A stretch of 58,344 nucleotides of DNA, counting the filler, from Sphacelaria rigidula (taxonomy: Eukaryota), in NCBI GenBank assembly GCA_964200075.2. It is 6 parts of 6 records of this genome, joined end to end, with 100 filler letters (N's around TTAATTAATTAA, not from the genome) between each part and the next. Parts side by side here need not be neighbours in the genome. Positions count along the whole stretch, not along the records: positions 1 to 9,642 come from CAXNAA020008051.1; positions 9,743 to 19,384 come from CAXNAA020008052.1; 4 more parts are not named here. One strand, 5' to 3'. Of the stretch, positions 1 through 11,949 are shown piece by piece. Every line of letters begins with the position of its first letter. The stretch's first letter is position 1. Under the pieces are notes generated by a model. The model worked only from the letters and a program-made list of their open reading frames with translations, was not told the origin of the DNA and ran no database searches. The position numbers were made by a program, and so were the translations under genes.

Positions 1-96
1 GGGCTCCTAACAATTCTAATCTCAGAAATTATTTCTCTACCCCTACCGTAGCATAACTCTTCTCCCTTCTTGTGTAACCGCTACGTTTGTTTTCAG

Positions 97-3000
97 GTAG
101 AAGGCTTGGGCCTGGTAAATCGTTCGACAGGGCGATCTCAATGCGCTGCATTGACGAGGAAGAACGCCTCAGCACGTGAGTATGCTGTACGCGCAGAAAA
201 TGCATGTCCGTGGAGAGAGCCACACGGACGCTGTTGCCGCCCACATTCGTGAGACCCAGGTGATCGCCTTGAGCGCCAGTGACTGAATTATTGATTCCAT
301 CGACGCCTGGTCTCTTTTTGTCTCCTCTTTTCCTTCCCAAACCTATTCAGAACTCCCGGCGGTCCATCAACGAAATCCAGCAAGGACATCGTGCACGGCG
401 GCCGGGCTTCCGGCGTTGGCAGCACTCTCGTCAGGGGAAAGGGGCGCTGTTTTGACCCAACAAAAATGGTATGTTCCTCTGGCGATGGCGGCAATAACGG
501 TGCATTACCTTCCGGCAGTCGCCATCCCGGCATCAAGAGCGGAGAGTCCTCTGACTACCGAACAGGATTCCAACATAATCGCAAGAACGACTGCGCACGC
601 GAAGGCGGTGCTCCTCGAGACCTCACGAGCCAGTCACTTCGCCGATCTACGGAGTGCGATACAACCCTTTCTCCGGATCGTGATGCACACGCATCACCCT
701 TCGCTTCTGGAGTATTTGGCCAGTACGAAAACACTGCCCGACTTCGTAGCATAGCCCCGCCACTCCTCCGTTCGGCAGCGTATGACAGCACCAGTGCCGC
801 AGCATCTGACGCCAGTGAAGACAGCGCTTGTTCGGCAAACTTCGGTGGAAACGGCGGTACCGGAAACAGCGACCGTGTGCGTGGTGGACGGAGAAAGAGG
901 GGGGATGTTTCGGACGAGCAAAAGGAGAAAGGGAGTCTGCACGAACAGAAAGTTACGAATGAGGAGCTCAAGTACTCGTTGTCATTGGAGAATAGTGACG
1001 AAGACAAGCCGAGGTATGGAACACTGGTTCTATTACCATTGGGGCACGGGTTTTCTAGCGGCGATACTCGTAGTGATGGTGGCAGCGATGACAGTGGTGC
1101 AGATGATTGGGTCGCCGGCCGTGGGGCGCGGGGGGGATTGACGAGGGTTGGGGGCGACGGGGGGCTGGTGGATTGCTGCAGAGAACCCTCCGATAGCTCA
1201 GACGACGAGTACGAAAGCTCGGACGACGATTTGGGTGAGGAACAAAGCGTGGCGGACGTTACGGACTCCCTCGACTTTCTATGCAACGTAAGTGTTATTT
1301 CACGGAAGCTGAGTCGAGCGAGTATCGTACATCTACGGCACACACCACCAGCACCGGACGACACCAACATTAGGATAAATAATCGAACGTCGAGTACATG
1401 CGAAGTTATATGGTTGGAAAGAAAAACACCTTGGTTAACCTTCGGAGGGCTGTCCGAATCTTCGAAGCTTTCTATCGTAGACCTTTGCTTCGTTCGGTTG
1501 GAGCCTTGTCCGAGCAATTTCCTCAACAAATGCGTTGCAAGGAGATGTTGTATTACTTGTTGCTTTATCGATATTCCATGCACCAGCGCTATTTTTCGTG
1601 TTTGATGCAGTACGATACCTGACGCATCGGTTCGTGAACAATAAGCGCCTTGTCGAAACCTTCAACTTCGCTGGAGCAAGTGTATAGAGACTGACTACAC
1701 TGTTGAATGCGTGTACAGGGGAGAACTCTTTTCGCAAGGTCACTGTTAGTAGAACCGTTTACTTGAACTCAGGAAGGTCGTGACTTCGGATCCGACCTTG
1801 ACCATTGCAAATAGAACATGCGCTCAGGCGTCGAGTGCGTCGTTGACAAGGTGAGAAGTCAGAAGGCTTGTAATGCGTGGGAAGATCGCGTGTATTTTGA
1901 ACCGCATCGGAGTTTTAACACTCCTATGGTTAGGGTCAGCGCTAGAGTTAGGGTTAGGATCATAGTCGCGGTCCATTCAGGGACTGGCCCAAGAGTTCTT
2001 GAAAAACGTCGATACTGGGGTGTTTGAATTCTGATGTGGTCCAAAAAGCACGCAGTCCTCCCACGCATTACAGTAAATCGAGTACACTACCGTTCGATAA
2101 TGGTATTAAACCATCCTAGGGAGGTACGGTACAGAAGTGGAGGTCCCCACGCAAAAGGCCTGAGAAATGTTGACAGGAAAGAAAATGGAAGGTGCCCACT
2201 GATAGTCGGCGTCAAACTTAAGCTCCGGCGTCAAATACTGACAGGGAGTTCCAAAAGATGGTTGTGGGGCAGGGACGAGAGAGGGGGGGGTCAAGCCCGC
2301 TACCTACAAAGACAGGGATATACTATCATCACTGTCTGCATAAGGCAGACCGCCTGTTCACGGTTGACTTCTTGAAAGTAATTTCTTCACGTTGTGTTGT
2401 TGTGCACAATGGCAACGGAAAACATGAAACGACACAGATGGATGAGGAAGAAGCAGATCCCGATCTCCAACCGCTCACGACCGAGGAAATGCTGACTCTC
2501 GCCAAAAGCACAAGTGATTCAAATCGGAGCATGTCTTCCACGGGTGAGAGGTCAGCTCAAACTTCGCGGTTGCCAGGCAGCTTCAGCCGGAGCTCGAGAG
2601 CCAGCTCTGTGGCCAGCTCGAACAGCAGCTTTAGTAGTACGACCTCCAGGACCATGGGGGAATCACGTATCGGCCATGTGCAAGCCAGAACATGGGCCGG
2701 TCAGGTATAGAGTGGTTAATTAGAAAATTGATTGTAATATATGTCGCGACTGAAGTGGCCCATTATGAATCCAGCCGTGGTCACGAGATGGACCTGCCCT
2801 GGGTAAACAAAACGGGAGCATTCACCGGATAAAATAAAATAAATGGGGGGATCGCAATGCGATTCAGCTGACACCCAACTGGTTGAAGGCAGGAGAGCGA
2901 TGTGATTCATCCAACACTCGTAGCGACCACGACGTGCGTGTTTCCGAAACGCAAGTAGTTTGTGCAGCAGCTGCTGAGGTGCACGTGCAAATATTCACCT

Positions 3001-6000
3001 AAAATCTACTTCTCCTACCCGCCAGTCATATCTTGTCTGTATGTTGGAAAATTACAGAGCAACTTCATATTCCTTGTCTTATCACATAATAGGGTTGAAG
3101 CAGAGTACGGTGAAATTAGGAGACAGAGAAATAAAGCTGACGGGCATCAGGTCATGATCTCGTACCGATTTCGAGGGATAGCCTCGACGGGCTCTGCAGA
3201 AATGTTTGTAAGAAGACGTACAAGAAGTACTGCCTTGCAAACAGGTTGGGACTTGGTTAGGGACCGCACTACTCGGGCACGAATTATGAAGGGGGACGTA
3301 AATATCGAGCAGGCTCGGAGGGAAGAAAATAACAAAGAACGAGAGAGGAAAGGAGAAGAGGAGGGAGGGGAACGCAAAGGAAACATAAGGGAAACAAGAG
3401 ATTAAACAACTAGAGAAGATAATTGGTAGTAAGGGAACGCGACGAAAGAGCAGAGACTAGGAAAGGAAAAGTAGTGCATCCCGGAATCAGGAAGTAGCAA
3501 TAAGGAAACAGAAGGGAAAGGAGCCCAAAGAAAGCAAAAGGAAGCGAACGGGTTCAACTAGAGCAGAGACTGCAAGAGCAATAGTAGTGTGCCTACTGGA
3601 ATCAAGGAGTAGCAATAAAAACTGTTCATCATATAACTTCTAGACCAAATGGTAAGGCACACCATAATTGCGAAGTGTTCGGTATGTAGCGCAGTCTAAG
3701 CCATCTGGTCTTGCCGTATTGACCTCGGTTCATCATGCAGTCGTGCCCATGTCATCGGATTAGTGTCACCTGGAACATGACCGGGTCACGGTGGGCGCGC
3801 GTGTGGGGCTGTGGTTTGTGTGTGTTCGCACATGTAGCTTTTGTAGTGTCGGATGCAAGCAAGGCGTTGTTCGAGCAGGGTCTGGCGCACATTACGGCAG
3901 CGTCCACCGTAATGCGAAAATAAAACTACCAACATCCCCTGAAAACACTGCCGACCCATAAGAGGTAATGGTGCTTGTTTCGTATTTCTTTAGCTCATCT
4001 TTGGTGCACAACAACGGCCAAATATGTACTCAGTGGCTCTAGCTACCCTTGATTTACATTATTTTCACACGCTGATGTTCTGGGAAGCAGGAGTGTTCGT
4101 GCGATGGCGAAAACGTTATTCCTTTGGGCCAACGTTCAGCATAAGGCCCTTGCGCATGCACTGTTAACATGGCCTGGGTACAATGATACCAGCGACTGGT
4201 TTCCAACGTGAATATGCAACACTTTTTTATTTCCTTTCCTCAATATTCGGCGTATCCTGCGAAGTTAAGCTGGTGTGCAAAACATGGGACGTCGTAGTTT
4301 TCTCTGACCGATTTTTACGTGAATGCCCACCTTGCGTATATGCAACGCGTGGTTGTTGCCTCTCTCTACTGCATAAACAACGAAGGTTAACCTTGGCACC
4401 GGCGTTCGGTTTGGCTTTTCCATCAACCAAGGATCCCGATGTGCGATGGAAGACACAATTTCCTACGTCACGGAAGCATTCGAAAATGGCAGCAACTCTG
4501 TAGGCGACGACTGTAGATCTCAACGACCATCAGGTTCGGCACGGCAGATCGACACACCGGTTTCACAAGCAGCTTCTTTCTTCGGGGTTTATGACGGTGG
4601 GTCACCAATTCAACGATTGACGGTGCAGGGTTGGGAAACAAACCCCACATTGGGCCTGGACCAACCGTTGTAGTGAGCAGAGGTCTCTTCGTGGGGAGAG
4701 TCGAAGGGAAACAGCGAGGAAAGTGCAAGCTGTCGTTCCCACTCGGCTGCGCCCCGGTGGTGTAATGGTCCGACTGTCGCCACTAGGGTGGAGAGAACGA
4801 GGGTTCGATTCCCGATGCGTTGGGTTTCTTCTTCGTAGTGTGTCATTTCCACCGTGGAAAGAGTGAGGACGTAAGTGAACAAAGTAGCCGATTGACTTTG
4901 TATGAAGAGAGTTGACGCGGTGCGGGAGTGCTGACCCAATCCGCGAGACCAACATGCAAGGCGTGTACAGGGGAGAGATGGGTTGATCCCTTGAGACTAG
5001 TAGACCACGGACTCGCCCCGAGGAAGGGGAGGGGTTCAAAGTGCGACGAATAAAACAAAAATAATATTAATTGGCCACGCGCAATCCACTCGCGTAGGAT
5101 TTAGACTCGAGGTGAGATTGGGTTGAGTTGCTCATCTCGCGTAGGCTTCACCACACGCATATGTTTTCACCCCCTTTCCCCGTTCGACAATATTGCGCGA
5201 TAATTTGCAGGACACGGGGGTGCTAGTGTGGCCATCCGGTTGAAGGAGAACCTCCATCGCCGCATTTTAGAAGACTCGTGTTTCCCCTCAGACATGTACC
5301 AGGTGACAAGACAATGACGTTCCATGTCGTGCGATAGGTTGCAGTTTTTTTATGACCCAGAGATACATCCCCGACGCTTTAAAGGGTTACCATCTTCCCA
5401 GATCAGACATCCTAGTCATGCCCTACCCTGCACATGTTCCGACTACGCCAATAGCTTCTTGGGTATAATGTAGGCGGTAGCTAGGAGTGCTTGGGTTCGG
5501 TGTACCAGCTCGCATTTGATTTCAGTGCGGTCAATAGCTGCTTGGTTTTTCATCGGTGGTAACATGACACGGTGTGATGTCCTTATTCATGCTTTCTCAT
5601 GTCCGGCCGGACGAGGCCATAATTCGGCGGGGTGGAGCCTGGTGGGAGTTTGAATAACCTGTCGAGAAGTTGTGCTCCGAAATTCGTTTACCACTCGTGC
5701 ACCAGTAAGATGTTCGCTATTTTGCATTGCTTAGGATGACCACATGCTTTTTGAACCGCGTCGGAGTTTAAACACCCGTATGGCTGGGGTTAGGGTTAGT
5801 GTTAGGGTGAGAGTCAGGGGCGCGGTTCTTGTAGGGATTGGCCGGGGCGGTCTTGAAAGAAGTCGATTCTGCGGTGTTCAAATTCCGATGCGGTCCATAC
5901 GGCACGCGGTCCTCCCACTCAATACAATGATATTGCATACGCTATGCTTGTTACTCCGTACCTGTCGATAGTCGATAGCTGTATTCCGTTGATGCTGTAT

Positions 6001-7844
6001 GACCCCAGGCAATCTTCAACGGCTGCATGGCTGTTGAGCGAGAGTGCCTGGAGATTGACGACGCCAAGCGCATCAATGCAATCAAGGTGCGCTTATCCAC
6101 CGTTGTATTATCTCCGGATCGATAATCACCATCTTGTCACTCGCGGTTCGTCCTGAATGTTCGGTTCGGCACGGTATCTTTCGTTTTATGTACAACGCAC
6201 TGCATGTGTCCTTTGCTCGTATCCATTATAGTAAGCGACAGCAATGTCATATTCCTTTTGCACCCTTTGTTCATGCCAGGATTTCAAGTATCAGTGAAAC
6301 GCGTGAGAGATATGGCAAAAACGACAGGCGTGTCGAAGTGGGAAAGTACAACTCCGTGCAATCTCAAGCTAACTATATGATGATTCCCTCATCTCGTGTA
6401 TTCTAGTATAATGCTACCTACGATCGACGCTTTTCGGCTCGACCTCGCCAACCCGTTCGCTCCCCCCGCAGGAAAGGGAGTGCTCGTCAGATCCGGCAAG
6501 TGGCCGCGGGTCGCCAGGGCTCAAGAAAGCCACCGCAGAGCAAGCGTTTTCCGGTGCGGTCGCGGTCATCGCAATCTTACACCGCCCAGCTGCGTCGGCA
6601 TCATCATTGACAGAGGATGACGGGATAGCAAAGACGCCCTCCGCGACCGCCTCCGTCACCCCGGCCTCTATCGCTGCCGCGGTCGTCCCCACCATAGCCA
6701 CAGCCTCCGCTACTACCGCCACCGCGCGCCCGGGAATTGTCGCTTGGGAAGCTCGAATCTCAGACGGGGACGCTAGCGGTGATGGCAGTGAAGGTGTCGG
6801 CTATGGACGCTGCGTTGACGATGGCTCTGGTCAGTTGATTTCCGCTCGCACCGCCGCCGTCGCCGCAGCAGCAGCAACAACAGCAGCAGCAAAAACAACA
6901 ACCGCAAACCCGGAAAAAATTGCTTCGGCTATGCCAATCCCGGACAGCGACGACTGGGTTGATGCCTCCGGTTTAACACCAACCACGACGTTGGGATCAG
7001 TCTCCGCCGTTCCCCACCCTCCTCCACGCCTCGTTTACCCGAACTCAAGCACCCTTATCGCAGGAGCGAAGGGTACGCCACCATCGTTGCTATCGTCACA
7101 AGAGGAGGTGAATAATGTATTCCCTACGATCCAGAGCGAAGGAGACGTGTTGCCTTACCCCTAGCGACACGATCGCACTCACGCGTGTTTTCGCCCCGAG
7201 TTAGTGGTTACACCACCCCGTAGCGTAAACGACGTCATCATTGCATTTAAACTTATCGAGTTACTGATTGATTGACCAATTCGTTGATTCATGCAGTGTC
7301 GCACAATAACCGATCCGTTACGAGGCCAGCCGTGGGCACAGGATGGGAAGGTAGATGCACCATGCTCGGGTGACAAATCGGTGTAATCACTCCTTGACAT
7401 CCTACACCCTTTGGGCACGTATCCTGAGTCTGGGGGACTCTGGTGTGTCGCTTGTCTCATGGAGCTACAAAGTCAGTCATTGGAGATTATCGGGTGGAAC
7501 TTTACGCGTGGGCCCACCGCCTCTATCATTGACTACAACAGGTGTCAGGTTTGGCCGGCAGTCATCCGTCCCACCCACCACTGCATACACCAGCACCACA
7601 GCAGCATACACAGTGGCACCCACAGTTGTGGTCGTCTCCTCCTGTGACTTTGCACGTGGCCAACGTGGGCGACTGCCGCGCCGTACTCTGTCGCGGAGGT
7701 AAAGCTCAAGCCATCACGTTGGACCACAAGCCTTCGGTGCCGTCGGAAGCCGCGAGGATTGAGGCCGCGGGAGGGTTTGTGTCTCGCGGACGGGTGAACG
7801 GGATCCTGGGGGTGTCTCGATCATTCGGAGATATTCATTGCAAG
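97..7844 (+). CDS. Protein phosphatase 2C (PPM family) gene, partial at both ends; exons 97-175, 351-1287, 2438-2704, 4386-4596, 5211-5302, 6009-6086, 6472-7107, 7542-7844
   Basis: All seven introns are GT..AG with matching phases. The spliced product has PP2C motifs in order: [15 protein letters not shown] (4386-4454), FFGVYD-G|HGG (DGHGG split by intron 4597-5210), helix [79 protein letters not shown]. The C-terminal DGxWD and DN motifs were not found on this contig. Confidence 0.9.
1869..2072. mobile_element. MITE (copy 1) with ~50-bp imperfect TIRs and internal TTAGGG-like repeats, in a PP2C intron
   Basis: Left end TGTAATGCGTGGGAAGATCGCGTGTATTTTGAACCGCATCGGAG matches the reverse complement of the right end ..CTGATGTGGTCCAAAAAGCACGCAGTCCTCCCACGCATTACA. 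Internal GGTTAGGGTCAGCGCTAGAGTTAGGGTTAGG. Confidence 0.75.
3050..3620 (-). repeat. Purine-rich repeat with an internal ~55-bp duplication (near 3449 and 3562); probable antisense LINE 3' UTR remnant
   Basis: GAGCAGAGACT..AGTAGTG..GGAATCA..AGTAGCAATAA occurs twice. Its GA-rich composition mirrors the CT-rich tail downstream of the LINE at 28600-29030. Confidence 0.4.
4752..5070 (+). mobile_element. tRNA-derived SINE (copy 1), in a PP2C intron
   Basis: Pol III A box TGGTGTAATGG (4758-4768) and B box GGTTCGATTCC (4802-4812), then a ~230-bp body that recurs inverted at 19485-19815, and an A-rich 3' end. Confidence 0.75.
5722..5927. mobile_element. MITE (copy 2) of the same family as 1869-2072
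   Basis: Colinear with copy 1 (TTTTGAACCGC.TCGGAGTTT.AACAC..TTAGGGTTAG..GTCCTCCCAC), with TIRs and internal GGTTAGGGTTAGTGTTAGGG. Confidence 0.75.
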
Positions 7845-9140
7845 GTAGACTCTATTGGTGTCGTACATATTATTGGAATCGGTTTTCAAGTCGCCAACTT
7901 CCGCCTGGTGCAGCCCATGCTTTTGAGGCAACGTCATTTTTGGAACACCTTCGTTAGTCAGTGTCGATGCAATACGATACCCTACGATGTGTTTTTTTAT
8001 GTTGCAGGACGGTCAGCTGATGCATCGTGATCGTACTGAAGCTGTCTTCCCCACGATAAAGGGGGATTTGTATTATGTACCTCGACCCTTCCGAACGCAA
8101 AATGCACTTATGTGATCGTGCTGACCATGATAAGTCGAAAGCGAGCCAAGCAGTAATCCACACATTTGTGGGCCATTGTGCGTCCTACCGCTGTCTTGGA
8201 CCATTTTCCCCACTGGTTAAAGGACACACACATATATGTATATATATATGTCTAATTTTGTATGTGGATACTATTATACCAGTGAAACGGAATCATCATC
8301 CCGAGCGTCTGTCGGGGTATCGCCTTTTTTACATGGGCAACACGATGGGATACAGTAACTCTGTATGCTTCATGATCAGGAGGTTCCAGAATCGCACGCT
8401 GCCTCCCACCAGCACGACGATAGAAAACGAATATCCCAAATTGATGCGAGCAGCAGGAAGTCGTGCAATTGGTAGGGGGCACGAAAACTGAGGGGGGACA
8501 AGTACTCAGAGTTCACCAACTCCCCGCAATGCCTTCTGCGAACCTTGTTGGATTGGCAACCCGAGACACGCAGAATACTTGGAAAGGAGAAGCTGCACAC
8601 CCCTGCCACTACTAGCCGGCAAGAAAGGTTACCTTCACTCACATCTTCTCGTCGAATAACGTACGAGGTGCCCCATAAAAGGCGGGGATGATGGTGAAGA
8701 TACTACCACGGAATGGTGAAAAATCCCCGCGTGTGTCTCTTGAAGAAATTACTGCTTCACAAATTTGATATCTAAACGTCTACAGATCCAATCTATTCGC
8801 TTTTCAGCTATCAGTATTGACATACAGTTTCTGCTCCTGCGGTTTGTTCGATATTCCCGGCAGACTCGTGATTTTGACATCATACATACATTCACGATCT
8901 ACCCCCGATTTCTTTCCCATCGATCATAGACAAGGCACTATCTCCGGCGAAACAAATCAAATCATCCGGGTATCGTCTGAGACTACAGGAACAGAAGTGC
9001 TTGGTAAGCTATTGTCTACCCACGTTTACTGAATATCTAGCTCACCTCTGTCGTATTTGTTTCTGTTGGTGCTTACCTTCACCCAGATCTACATTGTGGC
9101 GACGTGTATGTCGATATTGGCATCCTGTCAATAATACACA

Positions 9141-9642
9141 CTCTGGACAATGGAGACAACAAATAGCTCATTGCTTCAGCGATAGACACAGGGGAAAATC
9201 TATTGATATATATTATCGAACACGATAGATGGTGAAACACATCTATTGATATGTATCGCAAGGGACAATAGATGTCGCAATAGTCGGTCGATAGCCTTTG
9301 GCAATCACAATAGATGAAGATCACTCGCCATCAATGGACATCGTGTACCGCAATAGATTCTGGGTTGTATATATCGATAACCATTGCCGTAATCAACAGG
9401 TTTGGTGAGCCATCCATCGATAGTCATTGCCGTTATCAATAGGTTTGGTGAGTCATCCATCGATACCTATTACCGCCATCAATAGATTGGTGAGCCGTCC
9501 ATCGGTAGCCTCTGCCGCCAACAACGCATGTTTTGGTATCTACCAATATGGGCATTGCCGTCAACAATCGATTGCTCTCGGGAGCATCTATCGATAGCCA
9601 GTGACGCGAACGAAAAAAAAAAAAAAATAGATTGCTCACTGC
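9141..9642 (+). mobile_element. End of a CMC/EnSpm-like non-autonomous element: TIR-like CTCTGGACAAT followed by a ~43-bp subterminal tandem array
   Basis: Units start at 9392, 9435, 9478, 9520 and 9563 (ATCAATAG.TTTGGTGAG.CATCCATCGATAG.CATTGCCG). The start matches the CCCTGGACAAT TIR at 40024 and 42687 with one mismatch. Truncated by the contig end. Confidence 0.55.
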
Positions 9643-9742
9643 NNNNNNNNNNNNNNNNNNNNNNNNNNNNNNNNNNNNNNNNNNNNTTAATTAATTAANN
9701 NNNNNNNNNNNNNNNNNNNNNNNNNNNNNNNNNNNNNNNNNN
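9643..9742. other. Artificial contig linker N44-TTAATTAATTAA-N44
   Basis: Identical 100-bp spacer with stop codons in all six frames, present five times in the window. Confidence 0.98.
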
Positions 9743-11100
9743 AAACCGTCAGGCGGAGGGGCTGTTCCGTCACGTCATCAGTGGTGACGTGGTAGGGCGG
9801 AGACTTAGTCGAGTAGCTGTTGAGAACGTACTGTGTAAGTCCTGCAGGTAGATATTTGGGCATGTCACTTGTATCATGCGGGTTCGTACATGGTTTGCAC
9901 CTGTGCACGGAGACGCGGGGTTTGGTGTCTTTGCCCTGAAGGTCGCGAGGCAGATCGAGATAGAGGAGTTTGTCGCCAACGGGTTTATCATCCGGTGAGG
10001 ATGGCGAGGGATCGACTGTTAGAATATTGAAAGGTCCTGTCCAATGGAGGGACAATTTTGCCTTCAAAATTGTTTCGTCGGCTGCCTTGCTGATACCCTG
10101 GCGGATGGTCGATAGACTGTTGTAGACCCAAACCCGATCATCAACTTCTCAGTTGGGGCGTTTGTGCATCAGGTTATAGAGAACAGTGTTAGATCGCTCC
10201 AGGCGCGAGGCATTGATAGCGTGTTGTTCGCGCACGAGGGTAAACGCTTTTCGTTGTCGTGAACGCGCTAGCTCATGATAGGATATCTGATCCTGATCCA
10301 AGCCTTGGTGGCCATCGGACGTGTGCCTTTCAAACACGGTGATGGGTAGCCGGGGGTAACGTCCAAGATGAAGTTCGTTCGGAGAAAGGCCTGTGGCAGC
10401 ATTAACCGAGTTATTGTAGGACGACATAATTTGCGAGAGATGTAGGTTCCAGTCATTTTGGCGGTCGTTAACGACCATAGAGAGCATTTGGGCCATGGTG
10501 TGATTAATTGGTTCGGTACCATCGTTGCCGTTAGGGTGGTAGGCCCTTGTGGCAACTTTGCGGATGCCCAGGAGCTTGTAAAGCTCCGCACAAAGATCTG
10601 AGCAAAGTTGCTGACCATTGTCTGAAAGAAGTCGTTTCGGGCAACCGTAGTGCTTGATGTAGTCGTGGACCAATATGTCGGCCGTTCCTACTGCAGTGAA
10701 ATCTGCAGCGGTTGCAGCGTACATGGACGCGTAGCGGCTGAAGAGGTCAGTGAAGAGTAAGATGTAGCTGTTGTTGCGACCTGTGGGCGGTAGAGGGCCG
10801 AAGTAGTCAAAGGACACAAGGTGGCCGGGCGCGTTGGGGAGTCCCATAGAGATGACTGGCCAGCGGACTGTCTGCCGTGAAGTCTTTCGAGCTTGCCATT
10901 TGAAACGGGTGGAAATTTCCATGCCAACCCACTAGTAAAAGCGTTTCAAGAGCGCTAGGGTGCGGGTGACGCCAAGATGACATGACAAGTCTGTGTGACA
11001 GCCTTTCATGACCCAGGGGCGCATTAATAACGGAACATATATGCGCATGGGTTCCTCATCGAGTAGTCGTGCGTGGCGTCCCATGGTGGAGGTAGTGATT
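9743..11100 (-). pseudogene. Gypsy integrase (HHCC remnant, DDE core, GPF/Y domain), disrupted
   Basis: KGCHTDLSCHLGVTRT, VSFDYFGPLP, LLSDNGQQL, YHPNGNDGTEPINHTM, KLSLHWTGPFNI. In-frame TAG at 10932-10934. Confidence 0.9.
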
Positions 11101-11949
11101 GCGTCCGCTAAAGGTGTGGGTCGACGCACGAGTAATTGTACACCTTCGTTCGTGGTAAAAATCGCGCCTTTTCGCACGAGATCATATACCTCGGAGATAT
11201 CTGGTGGTGGCAGTGTGCTAACAGGAGCCAAAAGTTCGAGCGGAAAGGGACTGGGCAGTCGACCTGTAAGTAACGGGTGGCTGCGCGACGTAGCGGTTCT
11301 GCATTTTGTTCGCAAGCCCAGCCACCGTGAGAGTAGCTGGCGAGAAACTCGCGCAGTTGGCCTTCCGCTGGAGAGCCGACTAAACATGGTGGGGCAGGCA
11401 GCGGGGGAACAGAAAAAGGGACAGAAATGCCGACGTCAATATCCGCTTCGGGAGCAGGGGTTGTTGGTGTCGCCGTTATAAGCGCCGGGGTTGAAGTTGT
11501 GCGCGGCGAAGATGGTCCGCGGCGCGTATTGCCTGTTGCAGTATTGTTTGCGGAGCGTGGCGTGTCGGTCCGTAGGGCCGGTGCTGCGTGGCTCGTAGAA
11601 CTTGCAGGTGTTATCGGTGGCGGCGGGGCACTTGGGGGGTTGGTGCGGGCGGCAGATCGAGAGCGGGTGTTGTCTGAAATCAGGTGGATAACAGAGGGTG
11701 TCTCCGTGAGAAGCTTGGCGCGGGTATCAAAGGTTCGAAAACCGACAAAATCGGAGGTTGTGTGTTTTAACCCACCCAAGACGGCGTCGTAGGGTAGAGG
11801 GCGAGGTCCGCCCATGCGCATACCAGTTTCCGGGCATTGAAGTTCAAGGGCGTAAACAGGCGTCGAAAAACGTCTAATAGGGTAAATCCCAGGTTCGTCG
11901 GGTTCCGTTAGACGGCAAGCCGGGCTGGAATCTGCGGCTGTAGGCGGCA

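Noticed and set aside
555..1583. 342-aa antisense ORF, and similar antisense ORFs over the retroelements and the ARM exon
   Set aside because: These are shadow frames of GC-rich coding sequence on the opposite strand, with no independent motifs.
1928..1960. True telomere or chromosome-end remnant (also 5787-5820, 44758-44820, 48060-48100)
   Set aside because: Each site has only a few degenerate units, embedded inside an interspersed element and away from contig ends.
4752..4820. Functional tRNA gene
   Set aside because: A and B boxes are present, but I could not build a clean cloverleaf, there is no oligo-T terminator straight after, and the sequence continues into a dispersed repeat body.
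8075..9030. Further PP2C exons
   Set aside because: AG/GT-bounded open stretches exist near 8380-8470 and 8930-9003, but none encodes the expected PE/DGxWD/DN motifs, so none can be supported.
9270..9610. ~43-bp periodic array as a CRISPR array
   Set aside because: Whole units are degenerate copies of each other rather than fixed repeats with unique spacers. The context is eukaryotic and there are no cas genes.
9687..9742. ORFs ending in XXXX-LIN (also at 19429 and 48651)
   Set aside because: These are translations of the artificial N/TTAATTAATTAA linker.
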